This document shows, piece by piece, positions 46,437 to 54,641 of a stretch of 64,000 bases of DNA (positions are counted from its first letter, which is position 1; every line of letters begins with the position of its first letter). The stretch comes from Candidatus Adlerbacteria bacterium. Its GTDB lineage: Bacteria; Patescibacteriota; Minisyncoccia; Phycocordibacterales; SBAW01. Where the stretch lies: NCBI GenBank assembly GCA_963749085.1, contig CAVVLG010000002.1, positions 83,178 to 147,177 on the forward strand, in the 5' to 3' direction. Below the pieces are notes generated by a model. The model searched no databases. It saw only the letters and a program-made list of their open reading frames with translations, and had not been told where the DNA came from. The position numbers and the translations under genes are program-made.

Positions 46437-47816
46437 ATGGAATTCACCCCCTCACCTCCAAAAGGAGCCTTTAAAATAAGGCTTATTCTCGGCACTCTCA
46501 ACAAATTTACAGGCCAGGAGCTTCACATAGGCATCGGAAAGGAGAAAATCCTGCCCCGTCGCAAAATGATCCTTTTGATGCGCAAGGTCATATCCCTGGC
46601 AAAACAGAATCAATGCAAGGTCATCGAAATCGACTGGAAGGACATTCGAAAGGTGGCGGATAAGAGAATAAACGATTTTGATCTTGGGGTTCTCATCGGC
46701 ACGGCGTTCGTGATGGCTGACTACGAGCACAACAACTACAAAACTCCTCCTGAGGAAGGCTTTACCTTTATCAAGACAGCTGCTATTCCAAATACTCCTG
46801 CCGTAGGGAAAAATGGCGTGTGGAAAGGGGAGCAAATTGCCTACGCCGTGAACGCCTGCCGCGAGCTCTCCAACACGCCAGGCAGCGACATGACGCCGGA
46901 GCTTCTGAGCGAGGCGGCGATAAAGATGGCACGGGGGACCAAAGCCAAAGTGAAGCTTCTCGATCGCGCCGAGATGTGGAAACTGGGCATGGGCGCCATC
47001 CTCGGTGTAGGCAAAGGCTCTATACATGAGCCGCAGTTCATTATTGTCGAATACTGGGGCACCGACCGCTCAAAGAAACCGATAGTCCTCATCGGCAAAG
47101 GCGTCACCTTCGATACCGGCGGCCTCAACATCAAACCGGGCGATCATATGTACGAGATGCATATGGATATGTCGGGTGGCGCTGCAGTCATTCAGACGGT
47201 AATTTTGGCGGCAAAGCTCGGGATAAAAAAGAATGTGATTGCGCTCGTGCCGGCGGTCGAGAATAATCTGGCGGCCAATGCCATGCGGCCGGGGGACATC
47301 CTTACCTCGCTTTCAAAAAAGACTATCGAAATACTCAATACCGATGCGGAGGGCCGGGTCATATTGGCTGACGCAATAACCTACGCCAAAAAATACAATC
47401 CTGCAGCGGTCATTGATGTAGCGACGCTTGCCGGTGCCGCGCTCGTCGCAATGGGCACCGTTGCATCCGCTTTCATGACCAATAAACCATCCGCCATCGT
47501 GCCACTCATGGACATAGCGGAGCACTCCGGCGACTATATGTGGCCTTTTCCTTTGTGGGAGGAGTACGACGAAATGGTGAAAGGCACGTTCGGCGACGTA
47601 CCCAATATCTCAACCATGGGCAACAGCCGGGAAGGCGGCGTCATCGCCGGCGGAAAATTTTTAGAAGTGTTCGCCAAAGAGCTTAAGTGCCTCTGGGTGC
47701 ACATCGATATCGCACCCAGAATGGTTTCCTATCCGAGCGAGAATTTGGCCAAAGGAGCCGCGGGTGCCCCAGTCCGTTTTCTCCTTGAATTTATAGAGAA
47801 AAATAACGTCAGATAA
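46437..47816 (+). CDS. pepA: leucyl aminopeptidase (M17 family)
   Basis: GKGVTFDTGG, NTDAEGRVILADA, metal-binding residues. Confidence 0.9.
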   Translation: MEFTPSPPKGAFKIRLILGTLNKFTGQELHIGIGKEKILPRRKMILLMRKVISLAKQNQCKVIEIDWKDIRKVADKRINDFDLGVLIGTAFVMADYEHNNYKTPPEEGFTFIKTAAIPNTPAVGKNGVWKGEQIAYAVNACRELSNTPGSDMTPELLSEAAIKMARGTKAKVKLLDRAEMWKLGMGAILGVGKGSIHEPQFIIVEYWGTDRSKKPIVLIGKGVTFDTGGLNIKPGDHMYEMHMDMSGGAAVIQTVILAAKLGIKKNVIALVPAVENNLAANAMRPGDILTSLSKKTIEILNTDAEGRVILADAITYAKKYNPAAVIDVATLAGAALVAMGTVASAFMTNKPSAIVPLMDIAEHSGDYMWPFPLWEEYDEMVKGTFGDVPNISTMGNSREGGVIAGGKFLEVFAKELKCLWVHIDIAPRMVSYPSENLAKGAAGAPVRFLLEFIEKNNVR

Positions 47817-47830
47817 GGTAAAATAGGCCC

Positions 47831-48541
47831 ATGCCTATCAGTGTAAAGACCCCGGTCTACGAGGGCCCGCTTGATCTCCTTCTGGAGCTCATCGAGAAGC
47901 GCAAACTCCTCATAAACGACATCTCGCTTGCCGCCGTCACCGAGGAATATATCGCGCGCATTAACACTATGGAGGAGCTCCCGGTGGGGGAGACGGCGGA
48001 GTTCGTGGCGCTTGCCGCGACCCTCCTCCTCATCAAATCCCGCTCGCTGCTCCCAGTCCTCACCCTCTCCGATGAGGAATCGCAGGATATCAAGGAACTG
48101 GAGTACCGCCTTGCGCTCTACCAGCTCATAAAAGAGGCGGCAAAAGGCCTCAACCGAAGCTTAAGCAACCCCGCGCTCTACGAAGGTAACACCCCCGAGC
48201 AGGAGCCCCTTTTTATACCGGACGTCTCACTTACGCAGGAGAGTATCCTCACCTCGGCACACCTACTCATAGACGGCTTCCCACAGCACCTGGAACTCCC
48301 GAAAGTGAACGTCAAAAGAATAATTACCATAGAGGAGATGATAGATAGACTTGCCACACGGGTGAGCTCTGCCTTCACCTTGAGCTTTAAGGAATTCGCC
48401 GGCACAAAAGAGAAATCGGAGATAATTGTGAGCTTTTTAGCCCTTTTGGAGCTGGTAAAGCAAGGCATCATCAAAGCCACCCAGGAGAGCGGTGACATCA
48501 GACTTGAAGCCGATGCGGTCGCAACGCCCTCCTATGAATGA
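47831..48541 (+). CDS. scpA: segregation and condensation protein A
   Basis: LDLLLELIEKRKLLINDISLAAVTEEYI. Confidence 0.88.
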   Translation: MPISVKTPVYEGPLDLLLELIEKRKLLINDISLAAVTEEYIARINTMEELPVGETAEFVALAATLLLIKSRSLLPVLTLSDEESQDIKELEYRLALYQLIKEAAKGLNRSLSNPALYEGNTPEQEPLFIPDVSLTQESILTSAHLLIDGFPQHLELPKVNVKRIITIEEMIDRLATRVSSAFTLSFKEFAGTKEKSEIIVSFLALLELVKQGIIKATQESGDIRLEADAVATPSYE

Positions 48542-49094
48542 TATGAGCGACCTTTCCGCGCGTATTGAAGCCGTTCTGTTTGCACTGGGCCGACCCGCCT
48601 CGCGCGAAGAACTCGCTCGCAAGCTCAGCGTATCAGCTGATGCACTTGAAAAAGCGTTGAACGATCTAAGCGAGGAGAAGCACGGCGTCGTTGTGGTTGA
48701 CGACGGCAGAGAATTGCAGCTGCGCGCCTCGCCAAGGGTCGCAGAGCTTATCGAGCGCATCCGCAAAGAAGAGTACACCCGCGACATAGGCCGTGCGGGG
48801 CTTGAAGCGCTCTCCGCGATACTCTACCGCGGACCCCTCACGCGGGCGGAAATAGATTTCATACGCGGCGTCAATTCCTCGCAAACCTTGCGTACGCTCT
48901 CCGTGCGCGGACTCGTACGCAGAATCACCAATCCCAAAGACGAGCGGTCCTTCCTGTACGAGCCGACCACCGAGCTACTCTCACAGCTGGGTGTCGCGCG
49001 CGTGAGCGAATTGCCGGAGTTTAAACGTATTCAAGAGAAATTAGCCACGCTCGAAGAAGCGTACCGAGCGAAGGAGACTACGGATGCCGTATGA
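48534..49094 (+). CDS. scpB: segregation and condensation protein B
   Basis: Tandem winged-helix. IEAVLFALGRPASREELA...LEALSAILYRGPLTRAEIDFIRGVNSSQTLRTL. ATG overlaps the scpA stop. Confidence 0.85.
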   Translation: MNDMSDLSARIEAVLFALGRPASREELARKLSVSADALEKALNDLSEEKHGVVVVDDGRELQLRASPRVAELIERIRKEEYTRDIGRAGLEALSAILYRGPLTRAEIDFIRGVNSSQTLRTLSVRGLVRRITNPKDERSFLYEPTTELLSQLGVARVSELPEFKRIQEKLATLEEAYRAKETTDAV

Positions 49095-49993
49095 CCCTTA
49101 GGGAGATTCCCCCAACGCTTATGGTCTCCATTGCCGGCACCGTACTCGGGTGCTTGTTGTTCGCTGGATTCCTTGCGTACCACTATGCGCACCAAACTAC
49201 TGCCACTAAGGTAGCCTTCCAAGCGTCGCTCACGCTCAGTCCTACCTTGCTTCTCGCCCAGTCTGCCGTGTTGTACGACCCGAGCGACGGACGCATCCTG
49301 TTTGAAAAAAAAGCCGATGCCGTGCGTCCCCTGGCATCGCTAACGAAATTGATGTCGGCGGAGGTAGTACTCAATAACGAGGAACAATTCCTCAACACGC
49401 CCATTACCATGGCGACGTCAGACTTAGCCACGGCAGGAGATGCGGGGGATTGGGGTTTTCATGCGGGCGACGTGGTAACGCTGGGAAATTTGGTTAAATT
49501 CGGGCTCGTCGCTTCTTCAAACGACGCCATGGCCGCCGCGGCCACAAGCCTCGGCCCCAACTACATAAACGACATGAACCGCACGGCAGGAGCGCTCGGG
49601 CTCATGAGCACGTATTTTTTAAATTCAACCGGGCTTGACCTCAACGACGATACCTCAGGCGCCTACGGATCGGCAACGGATGTGGCGCGACTCGCGGCGG
49701 CATTTCTCAAGACCTATCCGCAATACTTTGAGCTAACCGAGTACCCGACTATAGCCATTGATGACAGCGGCAAAGTGCTCGTGGCCGACGCAACGGCACG
49801 GCCCATTCAAAATATCCCCGGGCTTATCGGCGCCAAGACCGGGTATACCGATTTGGCCGGCGGCAACTTGGTCGCGGCGTTTGATATTGATATCGGACAC
49901 CCCCTTATCGCGGTGGTGCTGGGGTCAACGGAGGAGGGCCGCTTCAGCGATATACGGACTATAATAAACGCTGCACGCACCCAATACCTATGA
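49091..49993 (+). CDS. D-alanyl-D-alanine carboxypeptidase (S11 peptidase, PBP5/6-like)
   Basis: SLTKLM (SxxK), SSND (SxN), KTGYT (KTG). Confidence 0.82.
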   Translation: MTLREIPPTLMVSIAGTVLGCLLFAGFLAYHYAHQTTATKVAFQASLTLSPTLLLAQSAVLYDPSDGRILFEKKADAVRPLASLTKLMSAEVVLNNEEQFLNTPITMATSDLATAGDAGDWGFHAGDVVTLGNLVKFGLVASSNDAMAAAATSLGPNYINDMNRTAGALGLMSTYFLNSTGLDLNDDTSGAYGSATDVARLAAAFLKTYPQYFELTEYPTIAIDDSGKVLVADATARPIQNIPGLIGAKTGYTDLAGGNLVAAFDIDIGHPLIAVVLGSTEEGRFSDIRTIINAARTQYL

Positions 49994-51039
49994 ACGCCTT
50001 CGACGTACTGCGCATATTCCTCCCCGCAACCGTCGCCTTTCTTTTCGGCATTGCGCTGACGCCTTTTTTGACCCACTTTCTCTACCAGCGGCAGATGTGG
50101 AAGCAAAAGGGGGGCAAAATAGGGCTCGACGGAAAGCCGGCCGAAGTATTCAATCAGCTCCACGAACACAAAGAAGTCGGCACGCCGCGCTTCGGCGGCG
50201 TCATCGTGTGGGGCAGCGTCGTCTTTACCGCCGCGCTCTTTCAGATACTGTATATATTCTTTCCCAGTTCCTTCAATAATTTGGCGTTCATAAGCCGCAG
50301 CCAGACGTGGGTTCCTCTCGCGGCGCTTCTCGTCGGTGCTCTGGTCGGACTCATGGACGATTTTTACGAAGTGCAGGGCAGGAGGGGACTGCCGTTACGC
50401 GTGCGGCTGAGCATCGTGGCGATAGTGGGACTTGTGTGCGCCTACTGGTTTTACGCCAAGCTCGGCGTTTCATCCATTTCCTCCTTCGGTGCGCCGATAG
50501 AGCTTGGCGTGTGGTTCATACCGTTCTTTATCCTCGTGACGCTCTTCATCTACGCCGGCGGTGTGATAGACGGCCTCGACGGCCTTGCAGGCGGCACCTT
50601 TTCCTCCGTGTTCGCCGCTTACGCCTGCATCGCGTACTTCCAGGACCAGATGAATCTCGCGGCTTTGTGCGCGGCCATAGCCGGAGGGCTCCTCGCCTTT
50701 TTGTGGTTTAACATTCCTCCCGCGCGCTTCTATCTCTCCGAAACCGGCACCATGGGTTTAACGCTTACCCTCGTCGTCGTAGCGTTTTTGACCGATAAAC
50801 TGGGGGGCGGCAGGGGAGTCATTGTGCTCCCTATTATTGCGCTGCCCTTGGTCGCGACTGTGCTTTCCAATATCGTGCAAATGCTGAGCAAAAAAATATG
50901 GGGGAGAAAACTGTTCCGCATCGCGCCGCTGCACCATCACTTTGAAGCCCTTGGCTGGCCCTCCTACAAGGTAGTGATGCGCTACTGGATAGTAGGACTT
51001 ATTGCGGCCATTATCGGCATAAGCATCGCGTTGCTGTGA
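49990..51039 (+). CDS. mraY: phospho-N-acetylmuramoyl-pentapeptide transferase
   Basis: Polytopic. GLMDDF, GGVIDGLDGLA motifs. Confidence 0.92.
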   Translation: MNAFDVLRIFLPATVAFLFGIALTPFLTHFLYQRQMWKQKGGKIGLDGKPAEVFNQLHEHKEVGTPRFGGVIVWGSVVFTAALFQILYIFFPSSFNNLAFISRSQTWVPLAALLVGALVGLMDDFYEVQGRRGLPLRVRLSIVAIVGLVCAYWFYAKLGVSSISSFGAPIELGVWFIPFFILVTLFIYAGGVIDGLDGLAGGTFSSVFAAYACIAYFQDQMNLAALCAAIAGGLLAFLWFNIPPARFYLSETGTMGLTLTLVVVAFLTDKLGGGRGVIVLPIIALPLVATVLSNIVQMLSKKIWGRKLFRIAPLHHHFEALGWPSYKVVMRYWIVGLIAAIIGISIALL

Positions 51040-52133
51040 AAAAGTCCATAGACACTCCATTCCTGCTGACGCTCTCCGCCTTGGTGGTGTGCGGATTGCT
51101 CATATTCACTTCCGCAGCGCTCTCGCTGTTAGCCGAGGACGGTGGTGCTACGTTTACGTCGGTTGCTGTAAGCCAGTTGCTCTTAGGTCTCGTGTGCGGA
51201 AGCATCGGCTTGGTGTTTTTCGCCAAGATAGATTATCGCATTTGGAAACCCTACACGATTTACCTTTTTGCTGTAGGCGTCATGCTTTCGCTCCTGACCT
51301 TTGTGCCCCATATCGGACTGTCACTGAAAGGTGCGGCCCGCTGGATTGTCGTCGGCCCTCTTTCCTTCCAGCCGGAGGAAATACTGAAATTCGCGACCGT
51401 AATGCTCTTGGCAGCGGTGTTTTCTGCGCGCATGCGCACAGTCAACACCATCCGTGGCGGCATCATTCCATTGATCCTTATCGCCGGTAGCGCAGGAGTT
51501 ATTTTGCTCATTCAGCCCGATACAGCAGGCGTCTTGGTCATCGGGATGGCGGGCTTGGCGATGCTATACGCTGCAGGAGGTAGGATCTCCCACATGCTCG
51601 CGCTCATCCTCCTCGGCGTCCTTATCATAGGCATCGCCGCCTATGAGCGACCCTATATCGCCCAGCGCATCGAGACTTTTCTTAATCAGTCCGCTGATCC
51701 GGAAGGTGCCGGCTTTCAGATTGAGCAGTCCCTTATTTCAGTAGGCTCGGGTGGTCTCACGGGGCAGGGCTTTGGCCAGGGTATAGAAAAATTTTCCTAT
51801 CTTCCCGAGCCCATAGGCGATTCTATTTTTGCTGTTGTGGGCGAGGAGTTTGGTTTTATCGGAAGCGCGGCACTTGTCCTTCTATATGCGGCTATAGCGC
51901 TCTTGGGGTTGCGCATAGCGGCGAAGGCGCCGGATCCCTTCGGAGGACTCTTGGTGGTCGGTTTTATCATCCTCATCGTCGGTCAGTCGTTTTTTAATAT
52001 TGCTTCGGCAATAGGGTTGGTACCCTTGGTGGGGGTTCCTTTAGTATTCGTCTCTCACGGTGGTACTTCGCTTGCGGTGTCACTTGCCGAAGTAGGCGTT
52101 GTTCTCAGTGTTTCAAGGAGAATGAAGAGTTAA
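51036..52133 (+). CDS. ftsW: SEDS-family peptidoglycan glycosyltransferase FtsW/RodA
   Basis: Ten TM helices and a SEDS pattern. The GTG start overlaps the mraY stop. Confidence 0.88.
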   Translation: MKKSIDTPFLLTLSALVVCGLLIFTSAALSLLAEDGGATFTSVAVSQLLLGLVCGSIGLVFFAKIDYRIWKPYTIYLFAVGVMLSLLTFVPHIGLSLKGAARWIVVGPLSFQPEEILKFATVMLLAAVFSARMRTVNTIRGGIIPLILIAGSAGVILLIQPDTAGVLVIGMAGLAMLYAAGGRISHMLALILLGVLIIGIAAYERPYIAQRIETFLNQSADPEGAGFQIEQSLISVGSGGLTGQGFGQGIEKFSYLPEPIGDSIFAVVGEEFGFIGSAALVLLYAAIALLGLRIAAKAPDPFGGLLVVGFIILIVGQSFFNIASAIGLVPLVGVPLVFVSHGGTSLAVSLAEVGVVLSVSRRMKS

Positions 52134-52201
52134 AAAAACGCCCCCAGAATATCCCCACGTCCTCCTTTGACAATAGCCAAGCAGACCACATACTTCACCA
52201 T

Positions 52202-54265
52202 ATGGAAGGAGCCCCTCGTCCTGAAGCGAAGACTGAACCTGTAGATTCTGAAGCGACAAAGAAAGGTGAGCAGCTAAGTAAATCGACATCAACCGGAGAG
52301 AAAGACTCTACAAAGGGAATGAAGGATATCGCCCTGGAGTATCTCGAAAAGTGGGAAAACCCCGCTCCAGACCTCTCTAAGGAAGGCATAGAAAGGAGAG
52401 CAACCCGCGTCACCGAAGCAATTGAGTTGGCAAAGACAAAGCGGGCAGAAGCAGAGAAAAAGAAGGGGGAGAGGGCGGCCCGCGTTGCTGAAGTAATTGA
52501 ACTTACCAAAGCGAAACGAACCGAATCGAAAGTACAGGAGGGCCCGCAGGAGACGACTCCCAAGGATTGGGAGGAAAGCCTCGGTGCGGTAAAGGCGCAG
52601 CAGGAAAAAGCCGCGGCTGAAGAAACACGAGAGGTGTCGGGAGGCGGCGTCCAAGCAACAAAGGCGGAAACAAAAGGAGCTTCTGAAGCTGCCCCTGTGA
52701 CTCTGGAACAGTTGAAACTAAACCTTGATAATGCCCGCGCGGAACAATTGAAGGCGGTGCACGACCACGAAGAGGCGCGTCGCCATCATATTGGCTTGTT
52801 CGGCCGAACACAAGAAAAAATATTCGGCAAGAAGGACACACTTGAAAAATCTGATTCGTATAAACGGGCCGAGAAAGAGTACCAGGAAGCAAAAGTCGGC
52901 TATGCACAATTCTTGCTCAAGAGTAGCTTAGATGAGAAAGGGGTGCCTTTGCCAAGGAAACAAAACGAGGTTATTGGTTTTGTGGAAGAGGAAATGAAGG
53001 CTTATGCGGCGCTTCTTACTCCCGTTTCAGTTGAAAAAGCGGGTTTGGTGCAGAAACTATGGCGCGGATACACGCAGATGCCGAGAGGAAATCGGATAGC
53101 GTTGACGCTTGCTCTTTCGGGAGTAGCCGCCGGACTCGTTTCATTTTCCCTTGGGGCAAGCGCCGCCGCTGCCGCCGGGGTCTTGGGGTACCGAATTGTA
53201 AGAGGAGGAATCGGAACTGCTGTTGGCACCATTTCTACTGGGCTTTATGGAAAGTATCGTGGTTCCAAAATCGAGAGACAGCAAGGTTTGCAGCGACAGA
53301 ACGTCATACGCGGACTTTCAATGACCAATATGAACGATGCCATTAAAACAGTAGAATCGCTCCAAAAAGAAAGAGAGAAATTCGATACCAGAACGGGTTG
53401 GAGAAAGGCACTCATCGCCGTAGCTGTTGGAGGTACAACAGCGGGAACGCTGTCGCTGCTCCACGGTGTTTCTGAAGCGGCGGTTGGAATACCAATTGCA
53501 GGAACTGGAGCCGACCTTCCACCTGGGCCAACTGGTGCGGCGGAAATAAAGGATTACTCTATATTCACCGGACCGCATGCAACCGGCGCAGGCATTGATC
53601 CAAGAACAGAAGGTCCGCCAATTATGCCTATGCCCAAAATGTCTTTCCCGGGCGATATCCAAAATCCAGGAGGTATGGCTGCACCCGGCACATCTTTCCC
53701 GGTTACTTCCGAAGCGCTGCCAGATATCACCCCGCCGAAGGATTACTCTATATTCACTGGCCCACATGCAACGGGCGCAGGCATTGATCCAAGAACAGAA
53801 ACTCCGCTGATGGGCGACGCACCTAAGGACTATTCAATCTTTACCGGACCGCATGCAACCGGCGCGGATATTGATCCGAGGACCGAGGGTCTGCCGTACG
53901 CGCCTGGAGGTTCCCTGGGGGGTGTAACGTTCCACGTCGGACCGGGAGACAATTTATGGAGGCTCAACGAACGAATGCTTAGTACGAATAAAGATTTTAC
54001 GACGCTCAATACGGCTCAAAAACATTGGATGCTCTCCACTATCGAGAAACAGTATCATCAGATGAGTCAGCAAGATCTTCAAGATAGGCATTTTTCGCGC
54101 GATACGAGCGGAAAATTCAATGTCAACAATATACAGACGGGTCAAGAGGTCAAACTGGTCAATGTGAGTGGGTCGAGGATGATCAATGATTTATTGCAGA
54201 GTGCTCGCAATCTCACTCCGGAGCAGCAGCGCAGTATTTTGCTGAACCGACTCGGAAAAAGATGA
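52202..54265 (+). CDS. hypothetical 687-aa membrane protein. It has a K/E-rich coiled-coil N-terminal region, two TM helices, three 21-aa tandem repeats (DYSIFTGPHATGAGIDPRTE) and a LysM-like C-terminal segment.
   Basis: Domain order read from the translation. VTFHVGPGDNLWRLNERML resembles the LysM core. CATACT hexamer 7 nt before the ATG. Confidence 0.6.
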   Translation: MEGAPRPEAKTEPVDSEATKKGEQLSKSTSTGEKDSTKGMKDIALEYLEKWENPAPDLSKEGIERRATRVTEAIELAKTKRAEAEKKKGERAARVAEVIELTKAKRTESKVQEGPQETTPKDWEESLGAVKAQQEKAAAEETREVSGGGVQATKAETKGASEAAPVTLEQLKLNLDNARAEQLKAVHDHEEARRHHIGLFGRTQEKIFGKKDTLEKSDSYKRAEKEYQEAKVGYAQFLLKSSLDEKGVPLPRKQNEVIGFVEEEMKAYAALLTPVSVEKAGLVQKLWRGYTQMPRGNRIALTLALSGVAAGLVSFSLGASAAAAAGVLGYRIVRGGIGTAVGTISTGLYGKYRGSKIERQQGLQRQNVIRGLSMTNMNDAIKTVESLQKEREKFDTRTGWRKALIAVAVGGTTAGTLSLLHGVSEAAVGIPIAGTGADLPPGPTGAAEIKDYSIFTGPHATGAGIDPRTEGPPIMPMPKMSFPGDIQNPGGMAAPGTSFPVTSEALPDITPPKDYSIFTGPHATGAGIDPRTETPLMGDAPKDYSIFTGPHATGADIDPRTEGLPYAPGGSLGGVTFHVGPGDNLWRLNERMLSTNKDFTTLNTAQKHWMLSTIEKQYHQMSQQDLQDRHFSRDTSGKFNVNNIQTGQEVKLVNVSGSRMINDLLQSARNLTPEQQRSILLNRLGKR
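53552..53890 (+). repeat. three intragenic copies of a roughly 63-nt repeat (starting at 53552, 53741 and 53828) encoding the 21-aa motif
   Basis: Near-identical nucleotide copies seen directly. Spacing is irregular (189 nt and 87 nt between repeat starts) and the copies are coding. Confidence 0.8.
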
Positions 54266-54298
54266 GCATTATTAACGTGTATAATACTTAAGATATAT

Positions 54299-54607
54299 AT
54301 GGATGCAGCTAAGATAAAACAATCGATGATAGAGCAGTGGGGGTTGAGCGCGGTGTCTCCCGCAGAGCAGGACGAGTATATCGACCGTATCGGTAAACTA
54401 CTCTATCAAGCTGTCATTTTGCGAGTAACGGAGGACATGACCGATGAGGACAAGGATGCCCTAGATACGTTCATGAGCCAAAACCCGGAAGCCGATGCGG
54501 TACAGATCCTTGATTTCCTCAGCACGCGTATCCCTGACTTTTCTCAGATACTGGGCGAAGAAACTGCGAAACTCAAGGAATTGATTGCTCCTCCCGTAGC
54601 GGCGTAA
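54299..54607 (+). CDS. small acidic hypothetical protein (102 aa)
   Basis: TATAAT 13 nt upstream. D/E-rich. No known motif. Confidence 0.45.
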   Translation: MDAAKIKQSMIEQWGLSAVSPAEQDEYIDRIGKLLYQAVILRVTEDMTDEDKDALDTFMSQNPEADAVQILDFLSTRIPDFSQILGEETAKLKELIAPPVAA

Positions 54608-54641
54608 AACCCTATCTCTTCGTTACTGCTGGAGTGAAGTC

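Noticed and set aside
53552-53890. Three near-identical nucleotide repeats of about 63 nt that could look like a CRISPR array
   Set aside because: Spacing is irregular (189 nt and 87 nt between repeat starts). They lie inside one long ORF and encode a repeated peptide. There is no leader and no cas gene next to them.
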